Shown here in pieces: positions 28,001 through 43,000 of a stretch of 64,000 nucleotides of DNA. The stretch covers positions 715,390 to 779,389 of the forward strand of contig NMRA01000086.1 in NCBI GenBank assembly GCA_002633005.1, read 5' to 3'. The notes under the pieces were generated by a model. It ran no database searches and had not been told where the DNA came from. It was given only the letters and a program-made list of their open reading frames with translations. This DNA is from Phoronis australis (taxonomy: Eukaryota; Animalia; Phoronida). The first letter of the stretch is position 1. Each line of letters begins with the position of its first letter. A program made the translations under genes and the position numbers.

Positions 28001-31000
28001 CATGGAATTTTCCATCCTTAAACTCCCGCACCATCTCCTAAAATATGTGTACGCTTGTCACTTGAACAAAATATCATGGCTCATTAATGATGTCACTGAT
28101 GCTCAGCAGCCTTCTTTGTGTAAATTCAGTTCTAGTTAACAATGATGGTTGTACTAATTGATAACCACATTACTAAGTTCTGTGTTGACAATGAACCTAT
28201 GGCTTTCACAGAACGTGCATTATGACAACTGTATGTCTAATGGTTATTTGAGTGACCAAAGAGTACTTGAGAAGATTGTAAGAGACATGTTATGATCGTC
28301 AAACCGTGTGATAGATTGAATGTAATTACTTATTATCAAAATATGAAGTTATGTATCCTTGTCATGAAAAACGACTCCAGTCGGGAAAGATTGCAACCAG
28401 CGACCAGATGCAATGTTTTATGAATTCAGGTGTCGTGTGGATCATGGACGTCTTCACCCTCATTCTGGTGAACAGCATTACACTGGACACATTCCCTCTC
28501 CCTCTCTCTCAACAGTTGTCCGTGCCTTTGCAGGGCATTCAAGATCGCTTTTTCACCAACATGGCTGGAAAATAACTAGGAAAGAAATAATAGACAATAC
28601 CACTATTCGCTATGTAGAAAAAAGTCACATTTTGGTTTAAGTTTTTGTTGTCTCCATTGATCAGTCATGAAAAACCTGTGCTGAATGAGCAGCTCACAGG
28701 TGTTAACTGGGCATTGGCTCTGTTCCGTTGTGCTTGTAGGCTTCCTACTGTGTGTTACATTCACACTCTCTGCTTGTATTTCCTTCTACCATCTGTCGCG
28801 TTTTATTTCACTGTTCATTTGGCTTCTATCATGCCTGAAGATGAGACCTGCGGCCTTGAAAATTAAAATATAGCTACTATTTTAACGTGTTTGTTCCTAG
28901 ATCTGTTGACGTTGTGCTTCACAATTGCACGCCGAAAGATAGGAGATAGTGTAGAAAACACGATCAAGTGTATATTAAGCTGTGTAACAAAAAGTACAGT
29001 TTTGTCTTCAATCAATTTTTTGTGCTTAAATATTTTATCTGAGAGAGAACAGTTCTTGCCTATTTTGGTCAGTTCGGATTTGTCCCTAGTGGCAATTTTA
29101 TTAGTTAAGTATTCAGTTTTGGTAGCCGCCTTTTCATTTGTCAAACCCTTTGAAGAATCAGGATGTAAAATGAGATTCTAGGATTGACATCAATCACTGA
29201 ATTTATCCAACTGCTGGAATAATAATTTTAGTTTTCTTTCCGTAAATATTACTTTCTACCAGAATTGAATTCGTGCATATTCAGATGGATGCCATTTCAC
29301 CCAGTAGACTCAGTTGTAAGCTCACCAGTATTGTTTAATGGTCACCCTAGTGCGCGTAAAATGTTTGAAATAATGAACGCTTTCCATCCTTTCCATTTGC
29401 AAAGCGCATTGTGAGGTCATGCGAGTGTTCTGAGCTGTTCACATTGTTTAACCTATTCAAACTGTTAAAACCCTTCCAACTGGTTTAGATGTGTAACAAC
29501 TTCCGAGTACTAGTTGATTAAGTAGGGTTTTTCATTAAAACAAGTGACAGGTGAGAAGTTGTTTGTCAAACAGAATCGCTCGGGAGTTAAATCTCACCGA
29601 CAACATGGTTGTCTGTAGGGAAGGAATCCTGTTATGTGTCTTACTATTGATTGTGTGAGAATGTTGCGTAAGACATGTAGTTTTCCAACTGTGATGATGT
29701 TACGTACTTTCATTTAATGAACATGAGAAAGTGGTCAGCTTGCAAGGCAAGATTGCTCCCTAAACGCCTTCTCTCATTCAGTTTATTCCACTACTATCGT
29801 AGCTTTGTTGTTAACTGTGATTAGCTGTGAAGTTAAGCGTTAGTGTTCCCATCAGCTTGGGAGTTAGTCAGAAAACTAGTTCAGCAAAGTTATCACAAGG
29901 TGGCACTAATGTGACCGTTGGTCATATGCCTTGATGTTTTTGTCCTTGTCATCAAAAATGGCAAGGACACCTCTCCCCAAATGGAAACTAGAACAACAAC
30001 TTGACGAGGCAGCCAATGTTTGCCATGTTGGTGCATGGTGATGTACTGGAGGATGACATAACGGTATTAAAAATTGACTTTGACTAACAGCTGATACGAA
30101 CGTAGGCGGTATGGCGGTAACTCGTTTTGTGTACAATTACGTTAAGTGGTTTTTTAATGTAAATAATCCAACAAACAAATGCTTTTGATAAATTGAAGCA
30201 GAATCCTTAATTGCCAAAATAATGAATATTAGAACATAGTATTAACAAATATTAACCTGTCGCTGCTCGCTGTTGGCAAGCGCAGTGACCCCTGCCGATA
30301 GCGAGTATGGCATCGAAGTTAAGTGTTCCCATTGTTGCGAAGCATGGACTCTTCGCTCTTAAAATCCAGCGCTTCACTCCCAACTTGACCTGCGATGTTA
30401 CCGTTGATTCAAGACCATAGTTGAGTGTTCCCATTGACCGAAGCTTCGGTAACATTCTGCATAGTTACGGGGTATGTGTCATGGGCAACTTCTTATCAAT
30501 CTTGCTCAATGCTTGACGCTGGATTTCAAAAGAGTAAAGGTCTTTTCACGTCTAATAATGAACAGAGTTGGCCTATATCAATTTAACAAAAGACCAGTTA
30601 ATAAGTTTAAGAAAAGGTAGTTGCAGTGCTCAAGTTAGTCCAGAAATGCCAGCTAAAACGTTCTTTTCAAGACCATCATACATACTTAAGCATGCAGTGT
30701 TTCTCACCCGAGGCAAAGCTGCGAACAAAAACACAAGTTCAAGCTCAAGTTGCGTTAGCAGTGAGTTGAGGATGCGCGATTACCTGAGAAGCTGAAATTT
30801 GCGCAGTGTGGGGATGGGCAATTACCCGAACAGTGGGCGCTTACATGGAAATTTAGAATAAGTCGGGGGTGGGCGATTACCTGGGCTTGGGCGTTAACCC
30901 GCGAGTTTACGGTATAATAATGTGGTGCTACCTTGTGACAAGGTTTTGGTGTCAAATGCTACTAAAAAACGTGATAAAACCTTGATGATGGATACCATGT

Positions 31001-34000
31001 GCATTTGTATGGTGGAGAGGTTGGTACTGCCAGTTTTCGGGAGAATCCAAGCATTTTTGCACATTGAAGGTGTGGTTGCAAGAATTTCTTTCTGACAAAC
31101 TGCTGTTTTGCTGAGAGGACAGCACCTGAAGAGTTCAACTGGTGTGGCGCCCTCTCGTAACTATTTGTATCAGTCTCTAGTAAACCATTGTTGTTTGTTT
31201 GAAATGTAGCATATTGGGTTTTACCCTGGAGAACATGTAGCCATCTATCTCATTTGGAACATCTTTCATTGCACAAGGTGGCGCTTGAACAATTTTGCTT
31301 TCATGAATTCAAGTGAAGCGTGCTAGATGGTCTCCTATGGTTCTTTTGTTTCGTTGACTGGGGTTACAACTAAGATTTAGGCCCCCCGGAGTGAATGAGT
31401 GTATGAATGTGTAATATTCCCTTTAAATTTAGTATATGTCTCACGCTACTTATGGATGAATAAATGTTGAAAAAGGAGCATGCTAGTTAGTAAAACATGG
31501 TGCCAGCGGGTTGTTATCTAGCCTTCCCATGATTAATAAATTGGTTTAATTTGTATTTTAGCGACACGAAGCTATTAATTACCCCAGTCTTTTCCATCGT
31601 CATGGAAACCAGTTAAAATCTGGCACGTGACTGACTAGCGTAAGAATATTTACTTTGATGAATTTCTACTCTTCCTTAGCACTCATTCTACTCCGCTAAG
31701 AGATCCATCTTTTCTGTATAATTCATAAAAAGTGCTATGCCATCAACTGGTTTATGTACTAGCAACTTCCTGGTAGTACACGTTTTAAATTGGGAACTCG
31801 AAAATCAAAGGCTTGGCCCTAAACTGTGCATGGGCATTTAAAAAAATCAAATGTCAGTGGCGGCTATTTGCCTGAATGGATAAACATGCTGAACTCGCTT
31901 GTAAGAGTCTAATAAAACAATGGAAACGCTCAGGTATTTACCACTGAATACGATAAGGTGCCGGGGAAACTCTTGACTGTTATTACTCAAATGTTATCGA
32001 GCGTCATACATTTTGAGAATCAGCATTCCCATCAAACGGCCGGTGACTGACTTTCAAGGAAGTCAGGAGTGTACAATGTAGGGGTTGGGCAGTGACCTGG
32101 GCATGACTGTTAAAAAGTGAAATTTGGAAATCTCGTGGGTGGGGGGGCATGTCGAACATGGGTTAATAGTGGTAGCTTGGTGTTAAAAGGGAACTATATT
32201 ATTATGAATACATTTTGGATAGTTTTCTATAAGTTGTTGATTAATTTCACTAATAATTCAACATCAGAAAGTAAACTTATGTTCTCTAACGAAGCTCAAA
32301 AAAATTACCGCCTTTGAGCACTGCTTCTCATTACATATTTGATGGGGGCAGAGTCACTGTCCTGTGTTAGCGTGCAGTCAAGTGGCATTCTTCATATAGT
32401 CGGAATAAGAAATTTTAGTGTGAAATGTCTGGTCACCAGGGATACCTGTTTGAGCCGAGGCAACACAAAGTGATACCCAGTCGTCGTCGTCGCGTCGTCG
32501 TCGTCAAACAAAAATTTGCCGATGCAACCAGTCCGTATCAACAATTTACAGTGGTGCCATGGGCAATATGGACTCTAGCCAGCCAGTCAACCAGCTGCCA
32601 GCCAATACTCAGCTCTGTAAAGGGTTGGTTAGCTACCGACTACAGCTGTATGAAGACTAGTGTACCACAGTGTGTTGAGCTCCATTAACCCCAAAATTTC
32701 CCACAGGCGTTGACTACCCGGGTATAGTTGACTCAGTTATGCTCGTCACCTCGTCGTAAAACTTTGGCTACATCAACATGTAAAGCTAACGCGGGACCGG
32801 CGGGGGTGCATGCAAAATCTGGTAGTCACACGACACTCACCTTGTTCGTTGCAGCCGTTTAAGTGGAAAACAATCAAACATCATTTTGTAGCATAATTTG
32901 CTGCCTTTTGTTACAAAAGAAGTGTGTCGTCCATTTCAAAAAACAGCATGCTCGTGACACGGCGCGCGCGCCATTTCCTAAAAATTTGAGACGTCTTTCG
33001 GGAGATGATGACCGCTTCGGAGCACCAAGGTTGGTTCTAAAATTCGGTTTGCTGGCATAAAAGTACTAAAGACTTGTAACGAAATGAGACAAGTTGCGAT
33101 AATTTGTTGTGACATGTACACAACCTAGGTGCCAGCAGCGAAGAACACTTGATTAAAGAATCGGGTGAGGGGGAAAGAAACTGGTAAAGGTCAGGTGACG
33201 TAATCGCAAAAAGCTAACTCAAGAGAACACTTCTCAGTTTTAGCTGCAACCGATTAACGATTGCTTACTTTTCCAACACTGGTAAATACTGAAGTTAGTT
33301 TACTCTAGGAATCTGGCTCCTAGGTTTACTCAAGGATGAGATTAGTTTTAATGACATTTATTTTGAGTCAGATTTTACTTGTCCCTTTTTTTACCCATAT
33401 TGGCGCAAACCTATAGGCCTATATTTAATATATAGCTTTAGGCCAAAGCTTGGGTAACCTGACAATGGTATGCGAAGACCATCTCTTTAGAAAACACCTT
33501 TTTTGAAGAATTTGAGCAACCATGTGCCATACAAAAAGGCATTGCGAACCTTTTAAAGCACTGTGGCAAACAATAAAAAATAAGGACGATTGAAACAATG
33601 ATAAATTACGATGTAAACTTAAAAATACGACATAAGCATTGAAAAGCAGTCGATACCCCGCCATTCACGTCACTGGGCACATCAACCAATCAGCGATCGC
33701 TTTCAGGATTCAGTGTTTTGACCTTGAATACAAATCGGCTTTTGTTTGGCATGCAAGTCGGGTAAATGTGAGTTTTATTTGTATGTTGGAACTGATTAAC
33801 TTCAACATAATTTTGACTATAGTCCCCTTTTAAGTTAGTAACAACATGAAGGTGATTACATGTCGAGTGAATGAAGAAGACGTGTGGGTGATTGTTAGCG
33901 CATACCCTGCTTGCAGATGACCTGAAGTGTAAAAAAGGAAGAAGAGAAATGCGAACAATGAACTGAATGTAATATCTTTCTTAGAAATATTTGATTTTTG

Positions 34001-37000
34001 GCAGTGGGTAAATATTTTATATTTATATTTTGTTGTAACCTGTAGTGCTGGGTATTCAAATTGTGTGTGTGTGTGTGAATTTTCTGCTGTGATTTCTTTT
34101 CCAAAAATGAGATTTTTGCTTTTAGCTTTTAACAAGACTGTTTTAAAATTGGCTTACTGTAAAATCGCACCAATTTCGCACAAAAATTATTGCCAAAATT
34201 GTCTGTTTTCATTTCCTATGCCTCTCTGCTGTAGACTTACACGCAACTCATTTACGTTTTGGTAAAGTATTTCAATGTTCCTGCATTCAGCTTACTCTAT
34301 AGGTGTCGCCACGCACTTCATATCTTGGCTATTGTCTGTTGATGGGTGTCTTATCACGTTATGAAGTATGCTTTTTTGAAGTCAACAGAAGATGCTTTTC
34401 TTAATAAAATGTAAAGCTTATAATTTCTTGACCTCCGTCAGCACCTGTGATCCATTCCCACTTGTTTCGTTGCAGGTTTACTTTCCGACGAGCAGTGCAA
34501 GGCACGTGATGCACGTCGAAAGTCGAGCACCAGCTCCAGTAGCTCACGACGACAGAGTCTCAGTGCCCCAGATAGTTTTCACGTCCAACCCAAGGTGGAG
34601 CCGACGGGTCACAAAGCCCCTTGTGCTGCTGCAGCTTCCTTGGAGACACGCGGAGATCCCCTAAGCAGGCTCAAGGTGGATACTCGTGAACTTATAGAAA
34701 AGGTCGTCATATTCCAGGACCGCTATGAACTACCTGACCCTGCTCAAGTGAAAAAAATAAAAGTGAGTTTTATGTGACGAAGAACTGACAGATGTGTGCT
34801 CACCAATTGAGAGTCATTCTTATTAAAAATTATGTAGGACCCTATAAAAATTCCATATTTAGTTGACTTCATATTGTCATCACAACAATGAATCTTTCAA
34901 ACACTTTTCTTTTTGCACTTTCCCCAAAGCGCCACTGGGATTTTTTTTAATGTTCCACGTTTGCCCGAGGGGCTGTCAAAGATAGGACTTGCATGATTTT
35001 TATGAAAAAATAATCAAAAATCGCATCAAACAAAAACGGAATATTTTTGAAAAATGTAGTGTTTTTCAAATTTCATCTTGAATTTATATCAAATGAAATT
35101 TGGCCTCGCTATTGGCGTTGTTTTTTTTTTGCTGTGGATGTACCATTGTTTTTGTGAACATTAATTAAAAAGACATGGTCTAGTTACCCAATTAATGACA
35201 GGTTGATATTAAGTCAAAAGTCAAAGTCTACAGGCTCCCTACTTTCCGAAAATGTGTTCTTTTACCCTGCTAATTGCATTAGTTTTCTAGATATTCAATT
35301 AAATGAATGAGACTTGTCACCAAAGTCCAACATTGTCTTAATTTAACTGCAGTACATCATGTTAATGACTTAAGTCATCATCTATAAAAACGAACTTCGA
35401 ACTTGGCATTGTAGACGAGTCAAATTTGATGAGAATCCGCCTTTTTTGATAACAGACAAGTTTTGATGTCAAATGAAATTTAGTGGTGTTGAGGAACTTC
35501 ATCAAAAATTTCCGGTGTGGAAACGACTATCTTGGAAGCAGTCAACATACCAGCTGCAACCAAAATGAGCAATTTTGAACTGCAAGTCCCATTTTGATTG
35601 GTTGTTACATTAACCCATTTAACCCCGTAGACCGCTTTTTTTCGGTCTCGCAAAATGCCGAACTTCAAGCAACAAGATATTTGATATTAAAATGAAGACC
35701 CTTTTGAAACCACTGAACCGTACCTTGATGTGGAAAGTGTAGAGCCGTTTTGTCCATATCTGACGGACTTCATTCACCACCGGGTGCGCCCTCTGTCGTA
35801 GAATAAAATGATTCAAACCATACTGGGGATTCCCTAATGTCGGGGAAATCCCATAACAGATCTGAATGCCCTGCAGGTAGATCAAGTCTCTGTTAAGACT
35901 AGAGGTCTTTGGACTTGGATCTCAATTTAAATATAGACTTACCTTCATTTCTAATAGCTTTTCTGATTCATTAGATATGATGTGAGTTGTTAAAGGGGTT
36001 TTCCAAGAATTTTGATGATTGGCGGAAACAAAATGTCGGTGGATAGCGATTCAGATGTAGACTTTTCAGATGACGAAATTGACAATAATTTGTATGCTTT
36101 TGACTTCATTAATGTAATAACTAACCAAAAAAGGGAATTTGAATTTATCTGGCTTGAGTTAGTTGACAAGGACAACAATGAAGTTTTGAGTTTCATGGCT
36201 TTGAACTGTAGGAAAACTTCATAGGTAGCGAATTTCGCAATTGCGTCAAACAAACACCAAGTAAACTCCGACAACTATGTAAAATGGTGGGTTAAACTAA
36301 TTTGAGTCATAACTGGAAGTAGACACAGGTTTGGACGATCGCCATTGTCATTTTATGGCCTTCAAATGTTAATGGAAGTTATGAAGTATGATCGAGAATA
36401 TCTCTTTTAGTCTAAAATCAATTTTCACTTCTTGGTTGACTCGAAGTTTGAAGAAATTATGTCCCGAAATTGTTTTTTTTTTCTTCTCATATAAAATGTT
36501 ACCCTTACTTCATTGACAACACTCGAGCCAAATTTGTGAGCTAATTACAGGTGAAAACACTTTGGTTGTGATCCTTCAGGATTGCATTTTATGGTCAATA
36601 AATGGTGATGGTTAAAGAGCTAACATTTACTTGGACACAGTTTGCACATTCTCGTGTTTGCTTTGATTTTGCGCTTTGAATTTCTCCAGAACCCTTGAAG
36701 AATCGTGTCAAATGAGTATGACTGTCATTGATTATTAGATTATTCAGTTCTCCATTGCGGGGACACTAATGCTTTTCACTGTAGTGCTCAGAGTTGGAAA
36801 AATAAGCATCCTTCTATCTTTGCCATTTGTGATACATGCTAGATTAAGCCTGGAGATAAGGACTTAAACATAAGGTGAAATTCATTGTTGTCTATGAACA
36901 TCAGAAACAAAATCATGTTGCATGATATTTAAATAAAACGCACAAATTGATAATTTCTAGCAAAAGTAAGTAGCTGTAATTTGTGAACATACACGAGCTG

Positions 37001-40000
37001 GTATTTCTCATTCAAATGCATTTGTGGCCTATTTTGAGTAATTGTGACTCATTTCCAGCCTTGAGAGGGGGCTGTGTGTCAGCCAAAGACAGGATGTCAC
37101 ATCACTCCCACCGTTTACATTCCTCTTGTTTCCAGCTTCCAGAAGGCTCATTCTCGGCCAAGGACATGATCGAGGTGATCTTCACCCAGATGGCTGAGCA
37201 GACTATCCTTGTCACTCAACTAATAGTCGAGTTCGCCAAGCACCTGCCTGGCTTCCTCTCCATACCCAAAGAGGACCAAATCGTTCTATTAAAGGCAAGT
37301 GATGCTTCCTCATGGGCCACTGGTGTTTTTAAATACTAGTCGGCCACCCATACAATGTTGCTCAGCTCATTTGGTTTCACCAGAAGTTTTTGTATGGATC
37401 AGTGAAATGTTAGTTTGTTGTTTGAGTACTCGGACAAACTTAGTTACCACATAATAACTGAAAAAATCAGTCATGGAGCTGTATCAATGTTTCAGAACAT
37501 GTGATTAGTCGTTGCAGAGCCCAATTGATTTCTGGTGAAGTCATGAATTCGTTGCCATATAAACTCGGGTTTGCAATATATGCAGGCAGTTTTCCCCATT
37601 CTGATAGGGTTGGTCGTAATGGAGAGCTTTGGCTTCACATTAAATGTGAAGTCTGCCTTCTTTGCTTACTACTACGTCACAATGTTGACCTACATTTTCG
37701 CGTTTAGTCTTGTCACTTGGACGGTAACAACGTGCAGACAGGTGATGTCGCGTAAGAGTACAACCTGAGTTTTAATTGCCAGTTTATAGTAAAAAATAGT
37801 TGAGTTTGTGAAACTTAAATTTATGCTTTTCAATTTTCGTAGAATGTTTAGGGAGGGGGGAGGGAGGGAGAGAGCTTTTTATTTAATCAGATACAAATAT
37901 ACAATACGAAACAAAGAGTAAAATATGAAAGAACGTATATACAAACAAAAATACAATAATGACTGTAATCATATATGTACATTTTTTCATTTAAATGGCA
38001 TACTTTGTGCAATTTGATTTGGTTACCAACCAAGGTATGAAATGCTAGCAGCTGTTCAGCAGTTGTTATTATTACAAGATGAATTCGTAGAAAAAATGTA
38101 TATGCCAGTGTGAACCTGTAACCTGGTGATTCGCACATTCCCACTGAATGTGTAGCTGAAGCTCTCTAATATTGTTATTTGATTGACACATTTACCTTAT
38201 GACTTCATTTTATCAAGAGAGTCAGTTGGCTGTTACTCACCAAAGCTATTTTAGGTTTTGAATTTAATTTGTGCAATTTTTGTCTCACACATCAAATTTT
38301 CTAAACATCTCCAAGAATTTTCTTTAGATGCATAATGTGATGACGTAATTGAGTTAAAAGCAGTGTTTGCTGAAGTTAACATTTTACTTCTGGATATTAA
38401 TGGTCATACCGTAGCGATATAATTGGTTCGCCTCATCTCTAAGTACGATTATCAATATTTTTGTTAGCTTTCCGCATATGTCGCAATTACGCACTGTAAG
38501 AAAAGTTCAGCTGTGAAGGACACTGTCAAAACAGATTTTGTGCCATGGTTGTTTTGTTAAATTGTTGTAGTGTTTTACCAACCAGCTTGTAATCTGGGTT
38601 CAATGACCAAGCCACGAATTATTTATTTTTCTTACCCCTATATGAAATGAACTAATCCGTTTACCAGGGGTTTTTGGTGTAGCTTTTTGTAATTTTGGAG
38701 AGAGTATTGAAATGCACCAGACAGGTACCATGAATTCAACGTATCAGGTAATTTGACAAAAAATACTGAAACTCATGGATGACGTCATGGAATCTTATAC
38801 GGTTTGCATTTTCAATGATTAATGATGGTCCCAATCAGAACAGATCTCATCAGTATGGATGTGTCTTAAAATGGAGAGTTGGTGGCAAGAATGCAGTTGG
38901 TCAGGAATTGTACTATCAGTGTTTGGATATTCAGAGTTTGTTTTGACTTGGAATCTCAGTTTATGCTTGCTTATTGACCCTGGTGGATGGCCTCCAGTGG
39001 TCTTGTTAGTCTATCCTAATATTTAGTGTAAACTGTTCCCATCGTGGTTAAGAGAGCATAAATTCATCCGGTAAGTTGTGTGGAATGCCCCCCTCCAAAT
39101 GGATAGCTGCATAGACTTGTGCTGTGCGGACACATTACGCCGTTTTCCCGTTGCTCCCAATTTGTTCGATTCTGTAGCCCAACAACAAGTTGGGAAGTTC
39201 ACCCCTGTAGCCAATATCTTACACGACTGATTAACTTGATTCTGGCATTTATGGTTGGAGGGCCAGCTCTCTTTTGTTCGATAATTGCTCTAATCTCTGA
39301 TAAGATGGTATCTAGCCTGACTGGGCTGTGCTGCTAAAAATGAAACTTAAATTATAACATTTTTGAACATAAACCAATAGCATTTCTGTTGTCATACGAG
39401 ACAAACGACTGAGCTGGGCAGTTAACAAAAGAGCCAGATGTTATCGCACGTTCAGAACACCTCACATCTGGAAACGTTACTGAACGACAGAACGTTGTCA
39501 TGAGGCCATACATTTACAATACATGAACCAAACCCTCAAACAATAAAAACCCTAATGGAGTCATTGATTGTTGCCCTTTCAACCAGTTAAAACTGTCAGC
39601 TTTTGACCCTGACAAATGTTACCTTTGTAAAGTGTGTCAATAACACAACCCTGCACGAGACATGTGGATCTCAACAGTTGACTTGTCCCGTTTCAATAGG
39701 TCCAACTTAGTTACCGGAACGAAGACAAACCATACCTGTCGGTTTAAAATCAATTTTAAAATGAAAGTCGTTCGGTTTTCTTAAACTTATTTTTTGTTGA
39801 AATGGAAAAAAACTGCAGTAACAATGAAACACAAATTGTTGAGGATTAAATGTCAGTTGGGTCTCGCTGAAAAAGTCTTGTATGAGTGCAGTGCCACGCA
39901 TACATGAGTGCCTCTCAGCAGCTTATTGTCTGAACTAGACTAGACAATCTGGTTCAGATGGTGTGGAGACCATATAGGCTCTCAAATGCTAGAAGTCCTT

Positions 40001-43000
40001 CAGCAAATTATGCCTTTTCGACTCTTTTGGAGGTCATCGATGTCTTTAATTTCATCCAACTTGAGTAAATGATTCGGAATTCTGGTTTCTTGTGATGCAT
40101 GATTTCATATATGAATGAAATGGTTGACATCGCCATTGACATCGCCATTATCTGCCCAGGTGGCGCGGGTTTCGTGAGTAGCAATCATGGCAGCCATTGC
40201 TGACCGCCAGTGTCGAGCATTTGTGATGTGCTGTCAAGATACGCAGTCTCGATGATTGATATGATAGGCGTATATGCACTGATGCACTCCTTGAAAAAGT
40301 GGTCATTTCACAGTTTTGTTCAAGAATGAAGGAACATATCATAAAGAAATCTTGATCACTAGACTATTTGTTCAAGTTGGAAGTCTTTTAAGTCATTGAC
40401 AGTGTACTAAAGTGTCCCTCTATGCCTGAATGGTACTGACTGCAATATGACTTTGGTAGTTAAGCCTGTAAAAAGATAACATACTCAAACCTGCATCATT
40501 CTTACACGCCTCAGGTAGATTTTTTTGAAAAATTAAACAAATAAAAAATTCACCACCACCCCATTAATTTAAAAAAAAAAAACAAAGACAAGAACCAATT
40601 GTGTTTCTGGCCGTATATGGATAATCAAGCCCGTCGTAAATGTATCCTGCAGTGTTGACTTTTGTTATGCAGTGATGTGTTGTTATGTGACATAGTGACC
40701 CCCAGTGAAAACGAATTTTAATTTTCTTGTAGAACTTGTGAGTTATGCCTGCTCTTGCATCGCATGTTAGTGAGCAGAAACTTGTTTGCACAAGTTCTTT
40801 TCGCTGTTTATGTATAGCAAATAAAACTTTAACGTATAGTGTATTGATGCATGAATCAGTGGTTTGTTTAGATTAACCAAACATTTATTGGTGTCTTTTT
40901 CCTCACTCAGGGCTCAGCATGTGAAGTAATGATATTACGAACATCACGCCGGTACGACCTTAGCACCGACACAGTCATTTTTGCCGACGGTCAGTCGTAC
41001 ACGAGAAACAGTCTACGGTATGGTGGCCTGAACCACTTTGCCGACAGCATGTACGATTTTTGTCGTGGCATGGGTCTTCTAGAAGTGGACAATGCTGAGT
41101 ATGGTCTCATCACGGCCATATGCATATTCTCAGGTGAGGCTGTCTTTATGACTTGGGTCACTTGGAGGGAACATTTGCTGAAGTGAAAACCCAAAATGAT
41201 GCATTACCCAATTTCATACCAGTTAAAAAGCTCGTTTTATGGCAAATAATTTTGAACTTTTGGTTAGCAAACTACCTCTCTATTTTGTTTGTAAAGAAAA
41301 TATATATTGCATTTGTTTGATTTATGTATGATAATTTCACTATGGATGACGAATGTTGCTACGCTGGACCGTTCCTGTCACTTCATTATTTCCTTTGTGA
41401 AACAATTGCATGGGTTAGTACACTATGGTTATTTTCCTATCAAGCTTATATTGGGGAATGAAGGAGTTTCATGCTCTTTTTATTCACAGTCCTGAGATTT
41501 GGAAAGCCTCACTGAGGAAAAAGCTTTTCAGTTTAGCGCACCTCATGGGGACCCGTGGAATTTTATTTTTGAAAATTTCTCAACAAATGTTAATGTAATC
41601 AAATTAGTTACTTCATCATTAACCTGGTGTACACCGTAGACAGGGCTCGATTTGGCGACATGCAGGTCGCTATTGGGACCTCAGATTTAGTTAGGCGACC
41701 TAAAAGTACCAAGTCGATTCACACACTTCCAAGCACTAGCTTAAAATACTACCTGGAAGGGCCCGTTTATTTCTCATGCACGGACTTTCGTATCCTCGAG
41801 TACAGAGTACCTTATTTTGGCAATTGAGGAATGTCGCCAGGTCGCGTTTGGTGAGTTGACGTTATGCTAAGTATCTAGAACAAACCAGTTAAGGGCTGTT
41901 CCAGTAAAATCCGTGTGGGAAGGTGGGGACAGCAGTAGAAACAAAAATTCTTGGTTGGTGGTCTTCAGAAAAAAACACAAATTATGGGTGGTCGTTCCTG
42001 TAAGAAGTGATGCATTAAAAATGGGTGGTATTTTTTGACCTGTTAATGTTGACAGATGCAATTGGCATATATCCTAACTTATCCTAATACAAAAAAGCCC
42101 GTATTGCCAGTGAACAGAGTGCATTAATCGAGTCATGGGCAACTTGATTTGAGCCAACTGTTTGTCTGCAGTCCTATTGAATTGAAAAGTTATGCAACAC
42201 TAAACTGGTTTTAACGCATATAAGAAAATTGATGATTTTTAAATAAAAAGTATGAGGAGTAAGATAAACAAGTTCCAATATTCACTTGACATAGAAGTAT
42301 AAAAGAGTTCGTGGAGACAGTTTGAGATTCATAGATCCTTATAATTGAAAAAATGTTCATTGAAATTATAGACACATGGTGAACAGAGACACCTGGTGGC
42401 TGCCAAAAGTATTGCTCACAGGCTACTTTAGTTTTTGACAATATTGGACAAGACTAGTTCTTGACTGTCAATCATCTAAGTTCTAAACAGGTCCTCCTGG
42501 AGGCAATTTGTTTGCAAGTGTTGGATTTTATATTTTAACCTATTAAAAATAATTAAAAAATTATGGGTCATGGGTTGGAGAAATAAATGAAAAATATTGG
42601 GCGGTGGGTATGAAATAAAAGTGCTTTCCCCCCTCCCATACAGATTTTGCTGGAACAGCCCTAAATGTTTTCATCGTTTAAACAGTGGTTTGTGCAAAAT
42701 TGAAGCGATAGCATTTTTCAGCATCCCTATGTTAAAGTTGGGACATCGCTTTCGAATCCCAAAATTGAAAGTTTTGTTCTGTCAGTGTTACGTAGGTCAT
42801 ATACTGGACCACGCTCTTAAAAGCTCGGTTTATCAGAATGAAATGTATGTTATAGAGCGGCCTGGCTTGTTGGAGGCGAAACAAATCGAGCTGATTCAGG
42901 AGATCTACCTACATGCCCTAGAGGAGTATGTACGTGTACGCCGGCCACAGGGGAGTAACTTCCTGGCCAAACTGTTGATGAAGCTGACTGAACTGCGGAC

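Noticed and set aside
36012-36224. Acidic ORF ([11 protein letters not shown]) resembling a transposase N-terminus
   Set aside because: No catalytic motifs or termini found.
42597-42855. N-terminal part of the 169-aa ORF
   Set aside because: Intron and MITE sequence; receptor similarity starts at the 42856 acceptor.
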